Source of the DNA: Octopus sinensis
Taxonomy: Eukaryota
Length of the DNA: 64,000 nucleotides
Assembly: GCF_006345805.1 (NCBI RefSeq)
Contig: NC_042997.1
Coordinates: 1,798,001 to 1,862,000, forward strand
Reading direction: 5' to 3'
Below are positions 10,986 through 25,220 of this stretch, piece after piece. A program made the position numbers and the translations under genes. Positions within the stretch are counted from its first letter, which is position 1; the number at the start of each line of letters is the position of its first letter. The notes below the pieces were generated by a model, which did no database searches, was not told where the DNA came from, and saw only the letters and a list, made by a program, of their open reading frames with translations.

Positions 10986-12959
10986 TAAGGAAGTAAAACT
11001 CATAAGAATATGATTCCAATGATGACAGCGATGCTGCTGCTGCTACTACCTATGATGATGATGGTGATAATGATAATTAAAACAATAGAGCTTCCAAGGC
11101 AACAGCTACCGAGTTTTCGCACAACGGGTTAGGGACGAAGTCTGTTTTATTAGCTTCGATTAACATATCTCTTGAAGTTAGAGTTAGAGTTACTGATAAT
11201 CACTACGATGCTACTGTCACCTTAAAACATGCACTGAGATCAACATAAAATGCAATCGTGCCCAGTGGTGGTAAGTCTCTCACGTTGCAGGGGGGGGGAT
11301 TTTTCATCATAACTGGTAACCCTCTCAAAGACATTGTACGTCAAAGATTTCAGTGGCTTTATAAATTATTACATTCTCATTTGTAATGGAGACGTTTATG
11401 GCAACAGCATGATGAAAATAACGTTTATGATATATATATAAAAAGAAAAAATATATGATTGCAATAACGATGAAATTGATGAGCTAAATGTTACCATGTA
11501 TTTCTTCAAATTTTGTAGTTCTGTCATTGTGAATGTTCTTAGTGTAAAATGTCAGATTATGTAATAAAATAAAAAGAATTCGACATACGGAAAAGATGAT
11601 GTTTCTCTCACAGTCATAATGGGAGTGTCTATGAATGTAAGTGTGATAACTACGATACGAGCATGGAAGATTTAAAGTGTTCATAAATAAGATAATGAAG
11701 ATTATGGTTAGACTGATGATAATTATATTGCTGTTGAAAATGCTGCTGCTGCTGATTGCGACCGTTCTGTTGTTGTTGCTACTGCTGTTATTGTTATTAT
11801 TGTTGTTGTTGTTGGTGGTGGTGGTTTTGGTAGAGGTTGTGACTGGTGTGGCAGCGGATGGCGGTAGTCTGATGTTGAATGAAGGTATGTTGTTTATGAT
11901 GATATTGAATCAAACTAAAATTAATGCAACCGAGATTTTATTAATTGCTTCAGTTCGTTTAATATTTGTTGTATCCTCCCTGTTCTTATAACTATTTACA
12001 TATTTACAGATATCTCTATGGATGTGCATGTATACTATTGTTGTAATTTTACTTGCATCCGATATTTATGTATTTTGAAATCATACTATCGTCATTTATA
12101 TTTTAACATTTATTTGTTCACTGTAATATTTAATTTGAATTTGAATTCATCACAAAGCATTGCAATTATAAAACAAGTTTGATTTATTTTTAAAGGAATG
12201 CAAATTATTGAAATATTTTAGGAATAATATAGCGGATATGTTAGAAAAAGCCACCAATGGAATGTATGTATATGCAGATGTGTAGAATATTTTGAGTGTG
12301 CGTTATGTGTGCATGCGATGAGAATTCAACAACAGCTAATAAAATTAGCCCGTCGATTAATATGTGTCACATGAAAGGAATAACAATAAGATCATCTGTT
12401 ATTATGAAGGAAGCTAGAGAACATATTACACAAAAAAAATAACGCTCACGAATATGCATATTCGCGTGTACAGACATGTGCACATATGGAAGTGTTTATA
12501 ATACACATCAGCGGTATGGAAAATGAAGTCAAAATAAAAATGGCTGTCAATGTCAGCGTATGAGTATTTACCGGATTCAGTTTGCCGCACATTGTGTAGA
12601 TGTTTGTGTAGATGGAGATATTTTTGATTAAGTGATCAAATTTGAGAATAGAAATATTGTAATGAGATGAAGCAAACGAAATTTAAATGAGAATATTTAA
12701 ATGAATGGGAAGTCATTTTCAAAAAAATGTTCTTGTAATAGGTGATATCATCGAGCATTTAATGAAACACATAAAGCAGAGGTGGATGACGAACAGAGCG
12801 GGAATATTAAGAAAACTAGTGGTTTATTAATGTGGATCGATAAAATAATGAAATCGAACGCTTTAAAATTTCTAAAAATGTTGGTAACGTTTAAAAACAA
12901 AACAACAAAGAAATGGTAAATGAAAAACACATGTATATATGTGTTCATATGGAAGAACG

Positions 12960-12963
12960 TATG

Positions 12964-12997
<34 letters not shown>

Positions 12998-13119
12998 ATA
13001 TTATATATATATATATTATATATATATATATGTTTTATCTATGCATGTATCATTGCATGTATGTATGTATATATAATATATATATATATAATTTCATATA
13101 TACATAAATACATACATAC

Positions 13120-13163
<44 letters not shown>

Positions 13164-13230
13164 ATGTGTGTAAGTTTGTGTATATTTGAGTGTATGTGTG
13201 AATGTATGTATATATGTATATGTATTATAT
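12960..13230. repeat. (TA)n/(TG)n microsatellite block
   Basis: Seen directly. Confidence 0.9.
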
Positions 13231-14019
13231 ACAGAAAAGAGACATGGTCTGTATGTGCGGTATATAACATACACACCTATCATGAAGATGCCGTAATGTT
13301 TACATACCATTTGAAAAATGTTATACTATATTGTTCTTATCTTCATCAGTCTCCCGTACACTAGCGTATACTGATTCTGATGACTCGCATCGGATTATAC
13401 TGAATATTGAAGCAAAGGTTGAAACTCACAACTGGTTATGATGTTTAGTTAAGTGTAGGGCTTGACACTACCCTTGAAAGTGAGTAATAGAGGCTCACAC
13501 ACTTATACGAATTAGTGAAGTTTTATCGTTATAAACGAAGTGTATATCCTTCAATACACGAAGCACACTACGAATATTATATTTAAACTCAAATGTTTAA
13601 ATAATATTTGACGATTCATATCGCATATTATTCAAAAGGCTGAAATGGAGAAGATCTAGAAAAATATATAAGCGAAAAATTTGGTAATGGATTGAGGTAT
13701 GATTACTAATTGTGATTTTACTGCAATGACAATCAAGTCTTGCCTATCTAATACATCGTACCTGGGTAAAACCGTAGCTGACATACGACGCACGTATGTC
13801 AGTACATATTATCCATGAACCATGGACTAAATAAGGCAGGGAAGTAAAGTGACGGATCAACTCCCAATTGTAAAGCACACGTCATATACTTATGTATGTG
13901 TGCATGTATTTGTGTGTGCGCGTGTTCGTGTGTGTGTGCGTATGTTTCTCCATGTGAGTATATACATACATACCTGTGTGTATATATAGCAAGAAATTGC
14001 ATATTTAATTTCCTCATGC

Positions 14020-14318
14020 ACTCGAAGATGTCAAAGTGTGATTGAATCTAAAGGGCTTCACACTAAATATTAAATAATTCCAGTATTCTCTCTCATTTTT
14101 GATTATTTTGTTATTTTTTCAACCGTTCTGATCATTTTGGCCGCCATGGGTTTTGCAGTAAATCACTAAACCATCTATAAGTTTTGTATTATCCTATCAA
14201 ATTACACCGAAATCACAGGAAATAACAAATAATAGAATATAAAACAACTTTGATAAAAAATTATATCTACTTTTCTGACGAAAACAATGCCGTTCTGAAC
14301 ATTTTGGCCGCCACTGTA
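14020..14318 (+). mobile_element. Tc1-family transposon right end with IR/DR-type terminal repeat
   Basis: TRRCQSVIESKGLHTKY* (14020-14073) matches the Tc1 C-terminus. 24-bp direct repeats at 14123-14146 and 14290-14313 (ccgttctga[t/a]cattttggccgcca). Terminus ...CACTG followed by TA. Confidence 0.8.
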
Positions 14319-14419
14319 TATATATATATATATACAATACAAATAATATATAAAAATATGCATACATACATACATGTATATACCCACACATATATGTATA
14401 TATACATGCATATATGGGC

Positions 14420-14790
14420 ACAGGACATAAAAAAACGTTGAAGACAATGAGAAACGAAAACATAAAAACAAAAACATAGAAACTAATTTTTTTTTCAAAC
14501 CACGAAAAAAACAGAAACGAGACATACCACATAAAGAATATTCCCCTTCATCAGTTGTCACTGTTTCATCTACTCCGCGTAACGAAGGTAAGGACAAGAC
14601 GCGACTTCTTTGAAACGGTCCTTCCCGCAAACCAAATTAAATAGAATTTGGGATTTTTTGCGGAGGGTGAAAGTGGTAACAAGAACAGGACAGTGAGAAC
14701 AAGGCAGTAAGAACAATAAAAAGTAAAAACAGTAAAAGACAGAACAATGAGAACAAAACAGTGAAAATCAAACGATGAGTGCTGTTAAAC
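14420..14790. repeat. Interspersed repeat, probably PLE terminal region
   Basis: Shares ccttcatcagttg (CUGAUGA on the minus strand) with about 46130; family assignment is from recalled resemblance only. Confidence 0.3.
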
Positions 14791-14823
14791 TAAGACGAAG
14801 GAAAAATTATTCTTATTTTCTTT

Positions 14824-15220
14824 CTACAACCAACTCAACCTTCGTGTTGCAAGCGAAGCACTTGGTGTCTTTCTCAACCGCAACCCAGGCACAGTAATCC
14901 ATGAAATTACAGTCGACGGAATTAGGAGGTCAGAATTTGAGGCTGGTGAAGTGGTAATTGTTTCACAATCATCCCTGACTCTCTCTGGATGTGTGGCAAT
15001 GAGCTGAAGCCTGCTGTGACACATATGGCCTTCCAGCAGTGAACCTCCTCAGTCAGGGATTGACGATAGTTTCTAGTAGATTCACGCTTTACAGCCTTTA
15101 CAATGTTGACAGAGAAATGAGCAGCAGTCATGATGTTGTCCTTGTGTTACCCAGCAAGAATCTTTGTGATAGAGGTAACTATCTTCCAATGTTCCGATGT
15201 CTTTCAGTCCTCATTTTCAG
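14824..15220 (-). pseudogene. Mariner-like (probably DD37D/maT) transposase relic, internally deleted
   Basis: Minus strand: EHWKIVTSITKILAG..NIMTAAHFSVNIVKAVKRE, then AGRPYVSQQASAHCHTSRESQG*L*NN..F*PPNSVDCNFMDYCAWVAVEKDT, matching QQDSAPCH..WPPNSPDCNPMDY. 36 residues between the last two D positions. Confidence 0.8.
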
Positions 15221-15789
15221 CTAACACGTTCTCAAATGTAACTTCAGTTTTTATGCTTGGGTGTTGTAAATGAGTTAAGACACTTAGAGAATTTTAGTGT
15301 TCCAAAAACGTACTGGCGAACTCGTATGAATAACGAGTGAAGTGACACAAACAGGAGATTTGTCTGAATTCTTGAAGCAAAATGTATTCCACTGAAGGTA
15401 CTTAAAATGGAATGTTCGATCATACAAGGGATTAAGTTTAATTACGCTAACATTATGTATTGAATATTTTCTGGTGAAGATGAGACTTAAAATATTCCCA
15501 TGACGTGACGGGAGCTATTGCTGGAAAATTCAACATACAAATATGAGTTCTGAAAGATATAATTAAAATTACAGCTGAAATTGAAAAGAGAGTGTGTAGG
15601 TTGTTGAAAATACAAAAGCATGAGAAATTCACGTTTTATAAAGATTTATATTCGAAATAGTTTAAATGTGTTTTAAAATAAGACTGTGGGCTTAATTAAA
15701 CGAAGAATTTCTGTGAGAATATTAAACACTAACTGGGGTACTGATTTGTCTATTCAGTATTTTCAATACAAATAATCTTTTCTACTCGA

Positions 15790-16290
15790 GGCACAAAGCC
15801 CGAATTTTTACTCGAAGGAGATATTTGCGAAGTGTTGTATTACGTTTGAATACTGTCCTGATGTCATATGGTCCACATATTCTTTGTATCTTATGGAAGA
15901 GGCATTTCACATAGGGTAGACAGACTGTGGAGAGTTTATCGGTTTCATTCTCTCTTTTCTTCATAATTGGAGTGGAGAGTACGCTTTTGGGGTAGTTGTT
16001 GCTTAATATATTGTTACTGAGCTTGATTATTTCTTCCTGTTGGGTATCAGGCTCGCTACTTATATTCATTGCTCGATGTTTTAGGCGCTGAGCAATCCCT
16101 CTCTTTAAACTGTATAGATGATGGAGTTGAAGTTGATTATCGTCCAGTGAAGGTCGGCTTGCGGTATACGGATATGCTGAATCCCTACTTGGTGCGTGTT
16201 ATTAAAACGTTCAGGAATGCTAGATGATTGTCTCTTTCTTCTTCCATTCTGAACTGTACGGATGGCTTTATTGAGTTAACAACAAACAAG
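15790..16290 (-). mobile_element. Penelope-like element RT/thumb fragment
   Basis: IKPSVQFRMEEE..LAFLNVLITR..SVYRKPTFTG..; VCLPYVK..KIQRICGPYDIRTVFK.NTTLRKYL. Confidence 0.8.
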
Positions 16291-18476
16291 ATGAGGACAA
16301 ATATCTGACAATTGTAAATAATGTAAATAATGTACTTAATTCCTCATCTCTTAAATATAAAACTATATGTTATTTAAAATATTTCAAGATATTTCCCGAA
16401 AACAGTAAATTTCCTTTTTATGCTGCAGAAGCTTGGTGAAATAAACCAGTAGAATGAATCACATTACGTTACAATGTGATAATTATTTAGTGAGAAGAAA
16501 ACCTATTGAATATTCTACAGTATCATCACAAAGTGTTTGACGTAAAGAAATGTAAACGTACAAACGTATCATATCTTGGATATTATACTTTCAAGATTTC
16601 ACCAATACGCCAGAAGCTACATATATTCAGCCTAACTTGAAAACTAAAGGAAATGTTCTAAGATATGTAAATAAAGAAAATTGTGTTGAGATGCCGCTAA
16701 GTGTACCCTTATAAAAGTGTACAAAATGCTGAAAGAAATTGTCAATAGATTGCTTCGGGGGTCAGTAACCTTTACGTTAACTCTAAAGCAGCCGCTTTCT
16801 TTACGTCAATAATATGTCTTAAATCCATGTATTTAAGTCAACAATCCACAAAAGTAACTTATCATCATATAGAAACAGGTAGAATATAGAGTATAAGTTT
16901 CATTTCAGGAAAGCTTCAGATTGCAATTCTAAAAGTACCGAATAAGTGTGACATATTTACACTGATTTCTTACACATCGCGAATTACCAGATGATTACAT
17001 CAGAAAGTTACAATTTGTTAGTTTTATTTGTGAGAACTAATATCTACACAAATGTCTGAAATACTAGTTTCGGTCATGAAATCGCAGTCCAAGTCTAGGT
17101 TTTATTCACATAACTTTTAAGATATTGATCGAAACAGCTGAAAAACTGGATAAAATTATCAATTACCAAGTGCAAAAGGGTGAGAGCGATATAGTGATTG
17201 ATTCTTAACACATATTGGTGAGACTCGCAACAAAAATTACGTTCAAAGCTTGCAAATAACTAAATTTAATGCTCTTCTATACATCTAAACAGGCTACTCT
17301 CTAACTTTTGGCATACAAATACCTATCCCAATAGCCTATGTTTCAAATTGCAGGACAAATTCAATATCCTTCCACAAAGTATGAGGTATTTGCACGGAAG
17401 AAATGTCAACAAACTCAAAGAAAATATAAAAGTTCCAATTTTGTATAATCAAATATTAAGCTTCAGATTCGTTGATTCACTAAACACAGAGCATGAACGC
17501 TTCAGGAGAGTAGTAGATGGCCGTGCCGCTTTATGAACACACCCAAATCGATAGAGCCACGAATACTAAATATTTTAATTTTGCAAAAAATGTCTAACGC
17601 AGAATAAATGTATTAATTTCTCTTCCTAGATATGCTTTTACGAAACGATGCAAATACGCCCATCTTTTAAAATCATTACGTACACATTTTACAAAATGAC
17701 ACGTTCACACTTATATAGTCAAAACAACAACTCACTCAACCGCAGCCATAAACCTACCCCATATATGAGTTTTTGTGCCTGTATGCTTGCATGTATGAAT
17801 ATATGTATGTATGTATGTATGTATTTATGTATGTATGTATGTATGCATGTATGCATGTACGTATGTGTATGCATGAGTGCATGTATGTACACGTGTGTGT
17901 GTAAGTGTGTGCGTGTGTGTGTTTTTGTGTATCGGTGTGTCGACGCATAAATATTTTCCGACTCTGTAAGATTTACAGTCAATTTAAATGCTATATGTTT
18001 CCCCGTCTAGATTTTTCCTTTTCAGTTTATTCATACTTTCTGACATAGAATCTTACGAATTATAATTATCGGATTTACTAAAAGATCATACATCTATCAA
18101 AGCAATAGTTCTAAGGATGGTGTCAGTTACTAGGCAAATTTATCTTTATTTCAAGACGTACAAATATCTCGTAAGTAGATTACTAAATCAAATATATCGC
18201 ATTTTATATGCTTTGATATAGTTTATAAATAGAGCACTATGTTCATTTGAATTTCGTGATATATGTTTCTCATATTCACATTTTCCAAATGCTTTAAAAC
18301 AATTTCATTTAATTTTATTGAATACTCTTTCATCAATCGGTATAATTATATACCTCTCGAATCGATGGTTTGATACCAGCAATACTGCTATTGATACACA
18401 CAGACACACATACATACACATACACACATACGCATATATCAATACATATATATATATATATGCATATGTATACATA

Positions 18477-18523
<47 letters not shown>

Positions 18524-18636
18524 TATATATGTATATATATATACATACATATATATCCATACATATGTATATATATATATACATAAAATTGAACACAGAA
18601 ACACACACCCACACACCCACACACACACATATATAT

Positions 18637-18671
<35 letters not shown>

Positions 18672-19162
18672 ATATATATATATATACAAACATTTGTGAG
18701 CATGCACAAATAAATGAATCAATATTCTTCTCTATATTCATAATATCACTTCGGTAATCTGGCTTAAGATTGTGCAGTATGAGCTGTAAGATATGAATAA
18801 AATATGTTATGAGCTGTAAGATATGAATAAAATATGAAGAAATATATTATCAACAATGAAATAGAAAACATTGACACAAGTATGCACTCATTGAAATGCA
18901 AAAGTAAAATATATTGTAAACTTTAACACAGCCATGGCTTAACCTTGATGTCATCCATAATTTTCTAGAATATTGTCATTTGGGGATAATTTCTATCCGG
19001 ATTAAAATCTCCAGTGCGGAGAATGTGCCAGATATAAAAGTTAATAGCAACCTCAATGCACATAACAGACCGAGGTAACTGGTCGACGCGGTACCGTAGC
19101 AATTTTGCTGCAAAATTTATCTCAACTCTTTTACAAATATACAAATATAAATCACTCCGTTT

Positions 19163-19450
19163 GTTACGACGGCGAGGGTTCCAGTTGATCCGATCAACCA
19201 AATTGCCTACTCGTGACATTGACTGAGCACTCCACAGACACGTGTGCTTTTAACATAGTTCTCTGCGAGATTTAGCATGACACAGAATGCGACAAGGCTG
19301 AACCTTTGAAGTACAGGTGTTACTTATTTTTGGCAGCTGAGTCGTCTGCAGCAACATGAAATAAAGTGTCTTCTCAAGGACACAAAGTGCCGCCGGCAAT
19401 TGAACTCACGATCGTGAACCAAATACCCTAACTTCTAACACACTCATCTT
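19163..19450 (-). mobile_element. SINE (second family)
   Basis: Head region includes ttgagaagacactttatttcatgttgctgcagacgactcagctg on the minus strand, as in the 35492 SINE; 3' part gatccgatcaac..cactccacagacacgtg. Confidence 0.6.
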
Positions 19451-21345
19451 CACATATACATACATACGCACATACACACAAACATACACAGGCACACACG
19501 CGCACACATATGAACGTGAATCTACATTTTAGATATTTTTTATTCTTTATGTGCTATGATCACTTTTAAACATTACTTTACATAATATTCTTGTAACAAC
19601 TTTGGAATTTATTTCATACGTTAAATATATGTATATATATATAATATTGCTCCCTCTTATCTCAGAAATAGTGTAAATGTTGCTCTAATAATTGCTTGAA
19701 TTTTATGAAGATAAATATCTCGAAACTTTTCGCTATAAACAAACCGATTAACACATAGGTGGCCATATTAATCTTATGATCGTAATTCGCACATGGTTTT
19801 ATTGCATTCGGAAAGGTTATACATTTCTATCTCAATTTTTATATAATTTCATGAATGAGAAATTACATGAATTTGGTAGGGATGCGACAGTAGTATTATA
19901 ATACATATACATAATTATTCTAACGACATCAGAGTGAATTCGGAATGAGATTGATGCGCACTAAATAATCTTCAGTATTTCGGTATCTCTTTACGGCTCA
20001 TGCAACGTGTGGAAATAAATGATTCAGCTTATTCTCCTCGGTTTATTTTTTATCAGACAGTCATATTCAACACCTCTATCTCTTTTGATTACTAGTCAAG
20101 AATGGATTCATTTTGCATGTAGATTTGAGAGATGTGGTAATCTGATTTCTGTCGTACTTTTTTCATGTTGTGTATTAGACGACATATTTTCTGGCTGTTA
20201 CTTCGCTTTCACTGTATAAAGGAGTGATAACGTTTCACACATCATGTAATATTAATGATTGCATTTATAAGAAGGTTCTTATTTAATTATTCTTTTATGT
20301 ATCTCAGAACAAATTGAAGTCATGTAAGTTTCTCTATCGTATTAATATTTGTTGGGCACTTATGTTGAAAAGACCCAGCAGAAACGGATTGTCGTGTATC
20401 CACGAAATGAGTACGTTTCCATCTATCTATGCATATACACCCACGCACACATAAACACACACACATGCGCGCACATTCATAAATAAATGTATATGAGATG
20501 CATTTATATACATATGTATGTATACATGTATTTATGCATTTCTCACCTGTATAAACACGCTGTGATATGTGTTGTATTTTATTATATGTATTTTAACTAA
20601 CTGGGCAGAGAAACCGCTCCTCCAGCATTAGATGCATACGTTGTCTTTCGATAATTTTGCTCTTTTCTATCTGTTCAAAATATCATTACACCTATTTCAG
20701 TCACTAAATTTAAACTTAAATCTTCATATAAAATTCAGTTACGTTATCAAATGTTACGTCCTCATAACTACATTTTCCAATCCGTAACATCAAAATATAT
20801 TTCTTATCGATGAATGAGTATTCATTGAAATTTAATTAATGTAAATTAACTGAATTGCAATGATTTGCTGGTACATTGGTAGATTGAGGTCATAGACGCT
20901 TATTATATGCTTTAATTCGTAACTATGGTATTCTGATATTGTTATGTAGAATATTTCATCTGAGAATATTATATCTCATCCATTTGTGCAACGATTTCCG
21001 ACACAGCAGGTAGCCAGCTACAAAACTGGCTGCTTCATTATACATCGATTATATTTAGTGAAACGAATTTATCATTATGCTTATAGATGCTGCACATGTG
21101 AACGAGTCATTTATGAAATAACCTGTTCACACAACTAATACATTACCTTTTACTTTCCAAATTTACGTTAATAATGGTAATATAAGGAATTTCATTAAAT
21201 AATGTTATCTATTCGAGAGAATGCAAGAGCCATGAGATCTGAGTAAAAAATGTGAGCGATAAATGCTATTAATACAGATATTAAAGAGGGCAATATGTAA
21301 AATAACGGACTTTTATACAATTCCAAGTGATATTCAAATCTGGAG

Positions 21346-21391
<46 letters not shown>

Positions 21392-21878
21392 AGCATACTC
21401 AGTAAAATATTTAGCAAGTGGTTACTATTGAAAAAAAATTCAGTCATTGAAACAACATTTTCTTTAATTACAAGATATGAAAATAAATAAGTTTGTGGAA
21501 AGAGCCTTAATGATCACAGAATACATAAATCTACAATATGTAGGTACTACAATACCCTACCTAGAATGCATCTGATGTAATGCTGTAAAAGTTTTCAAAA
21601 ATTTCCTGTAACTTTGAAGAACCATTTTTATATTACGACACCATGGATGAGTTACATTCGCTGAAAAATTGTGCTTACATTCGTCGTAATTAATCTAAAT
21701 TCAATAATAATGTATTATTAAAGAGTTGATTGCATTGATTTATATTTTCATTTTGCAAACAATACGTTAAAATAGATATATTGATTAAAGTAAATGATTA
21801 TGCCTTTACAAGGTGTGCCAACTTACACGAGTCCGAATGAAATTAATCTCTTTCCGAACTGAAATTTACGCCCTTTCC

Positions 21879-21929
<51 letters not shown>

Positions 21930-22344
21930 TATATATATATTATATATATATATACATATTTTTCATATCATATTTCTCATATCAGATTCTGAGCAGAATT
22001 ACTATTAAAATATCTAACATCGAAGAGATAACCAAAAGACCGGAAGCGCTAATGCGTTTATCATTTTCAAGATATATTTTTATGACTTCTAAAGACTCTT
22101 AAATTAACACTCAATGATTGCATTCTGACGAATTTGGTCATGCAGTATGAGATTCGTGTTTATTTGCATAGGTACTGTCTCCCGCTGCAGTGATTGAGTG
22201 TTAATTTATGAGTTATGAGATTTCCTAAAACTAAACCTCGAAATTGATATGCATACATAAATATACGTACACAAACGTATATACACATGTACATACATAC
22301 GTACCTACATACACTCACACATGCAGATATACACACATATATTC

Positions 22345-22495
22345 TGTTATTATCTTACTTGTTTCAATCATTTGACTGCGGCCATGCTGGAGCAAAATCT
22401 TTTGTCGAACAAATCGACCACAGGACTTATTCCATGTAAGCCTGGTGTTTTCTTTAGCCGAACGGCTGTTACGGAGAAATAAACACACACACACA
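22345..22495 (-). mobile_element. tRNA-derived SINE, 3' half
   Basis: ttgtttcaatcatttgactgcggccatgctggagc, same family as 51885-52365. Confidence 0.75.
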
Positions 22496-22559
22496 CAAAT
22501 ACCCACATGCACACACACACACACAAATACCCACATGCACACACACACACACACATACA

Positions 22560-22591
<32 letters not shown>

Positions 22592-22807
22592 ATATATATA
22601 TATATATATAATATATATATATATATAAATAATAAATATTAGGGAATAAATCCAAATTTACAGGGAAAAAAATCAGATTTAGGATTAAATCCAATTTTAT
22701 AGTAAAATATTATAAAATATTATTAGAGACAAAACCACTATTTTGCAAAACAAACAAGGAAAGACTTAATCAATACATAAAATTTTAATAAATAGTCAAA
22801 AAAACCG

Positions 22808-22850
22808 CCACTACAATCGTTTCTTGTCTTGATCGACAATCTTCAGGTGG
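22808..22850 (-). ncRNA. Minimal type I hammerhead ribozyme
   Basis: Reverse-complement copy of 23509-23551. Confidence 0.75.
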
Positions 22851-23508
22851 ACTTCCAATAAGTCAGTTTCAAATTATGCATTTTCTTTCTTTCTTTTTAA
22901 CACAGTGTGGGTGGGCAGGAGGGGAAGGAGGAGGGGGAGAAAAAGGGTCGTAAAAGGGGGGGAACAGTGTCCACACTATGGCAAGATAACCATCTAGGTT
23001 GAGGCTAGAGTGAGTTGGGGGGGGAGGGAAAGTCCTTTTGGTGTTCGTAATCCAACAATGAAAGACAAGGAATTTAGTAGATAAATAGAGGAAGGAAGGG
23101 GGGAAACCGAAAAGGCAGGGGGGGGAGGGTCACTAAGAGAGCAACAAACAATTACCATGGAAACGGGGAGGAGAAGTGGGAGAGAGAAAAACAAGTGTGG
23201 AAGTGGTTAATAATTAAACATTTAAGACTTAAACCACACACACACATTCATGCATGTACGCACACACCTATACACATCCATACATACGCAAATGTATGTG
23301 TTCCACACACTCACATGTAGATTATACACACTCATGCATGGGTATGTCTTGATATGTATATGTGTGAGTGTGTACATATATACAATATATGTAAAATACA
23401 CAAAAAATATAAACAAATGTACATGTAAATTAAACCAGCAAAGGAGCCGTTTATTTATTTTTTGTTTGTTTGTTTATATTTGTCTTTTGAAACTGACTTA
23501 TTGGAAGT

Positions 23509-23551
23509 CCACCTGAAGATTGTCGATCAAGACAAGAAACGATTGTAGTGG
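23509..23551 (+). ncRNA. Minimal type I hammerhead ribozyme
   Basis: CCAC-CUGAAGA-UUGUC(GAUCAA)GACAA-GAAA-C(GAUU)G-UA-GUGG: 4-bp stem I, 5-bp stem II, near-palindromic loop III, GUA cleavage triplet. Confidence 0.75.
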
Positions 23552-23638
23552 CGGTTTTTTTGACTATTTATTAAAATTTTATGTATTGATTAAGTCTTTC
23601 CTTGTTTGTTTTGCCAAATAGTGGTTTTGTCTCTAATA

Positions 23639-23672
<34 letters not shown>

Positions 23673-24550
23673 TACATATATAAGATGTAATGTATAATTT
23701 GTATAGTAAAACATACATATATGATATCTATATAAATATGCATATGTATGTGTGTTTAACTCTTATATTAACTTTCTTATCATGCCGGGCAACTTAGGAT
23801 CCTGCAAAACAGTTTACGCTTCTCTATCCTCCACCATGTAAATTTGCCTAGATGTCACCTCTTCGTTTACTATGTACCAATTTCCATAATAATACGTGGC
23901 ATAACCGTTTTAAGTTCTCACATTTTATCAAGAGAATCACACACAGTAACCAGGTGTCATTTAATAATTCGACTAAAAATAGTATTTTCCTGTAAAATGC
24001 AATTTATCAAACGGTGTACCTAAAAATTATAGTTCGTACTATCTCATAATTTTTGACATTACTACTCATGAAATCGTACACTGTTTGGTATTATAATGTT
24101 TTTTTTTTCCCTTCTATTAGAAAACCTTAACTCAACCTCATATTCATTGCTTGTAGTCCGATCTCTTTTGGAGCTTATTCAAGTTGCTGAAGTAATAGTT
24201 GCTCTTTGCTCTTTACACAATCTGTTTTAGCAATATGTGTAGAATGATGTTTCTTATGCTTTGTGTGTGAGAAGCCTTCACGAAATATGTTTCTTCTTCG
24301 TTCTATGTTATGATTAATGAGCAGTTTAAGGCCAAAATGAGCTGAGAAACATGCAATACTGTCGGGCTATTAGATAAATCTATATTAAAATTGTTATAAT
24401 TTTTGTCAAATCTGTCTGATTAATTCGTCACTACCCGTTTGTCTCCTGACCTCTCTTCTACTGCATATATCTATATACGTATGTGCGTATGTATATATGT
24501 ATATACATAGGCATGTATGTGTGTATAGGTACCTATGTATGTATATATTG

Positions 24551-24600
<50 letters not shown>

Positions 24601-24767
24601 ATATATATATATGTACGATTTGTAAAGACATTAAACACTCCATCTTTTAAGACTTTTATAACAGAATTGAAATATCACCGTTCTTTCAATTTCTATTAAG
24701 CATAAATATTTTCATCCGTTAAATTCCCATTAAGTTACGTTCTTCTCAACAAGACATGCCATCCATC

Positions 24768-24925
<158 letters not shown>

Positions 24926-25220
24926 TCGATGTACACGCTTATCCATCTCTCTTATTATCTATTGACCTACCAACCGACTTATATATATATATGTATCTAT
25001 ACATGTATGTATGCATATATATGTGTGGTTGTGTGTGTGTATGTGTGTGTGTATGTGTGTGTGTATGTGTGTATGTGGGTGTGTTTGTATGTATATGTAT
25101 TAATGTATTTTGACATTCTTTATTTTTTGTTAGAATGCTAACACATCTATTGCTTCATTCTAATTCATTTTGTGCTTTATAAAGTGTTTATAAATCGTTT
25201 TTTGCTATTTTTATTTAGAG

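Larger units (their letters stand above)
22630..23648 (-). mobile_element. 5'-truncated Penelope-like element with inverted terminal-repeat segment
   Basis: About 160-bp inverted repeat (22714-22872 vs 23486-23648, one visible mismatch). The interior minus strand has SLSFIVGLRTPKGLS, similar to the PLE C-terminus FIFLLRTLTPHGL at about 63500. Flanked by (TA)n. Confidence 0.7.

Noticed and set aside
14500-14560. Additional hammerhead candidates (also about 16310, 36530, 39925, 45950, 46130, 57040, 58632)
   Set aside because: Each lacks a correctly placed GAAA, an intact CUGANGA or a stem I/III; at best they are decayed relics.
17354-17536. Two-exon gene end DKFNILPQSMR-FVDSLNTEHERFRRVVDGRAAL*
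   Set aside because: Splice sites are plausible, but there is no recognisable family or upstream partner; it cannot be distinguished from chance.
18965-19120. DNase I/EEP-like GDFNPDRNY motif on the minus strand
   Set aside because: It is a single short motif with non-matching flanks, and the ORF extends into a SINE.
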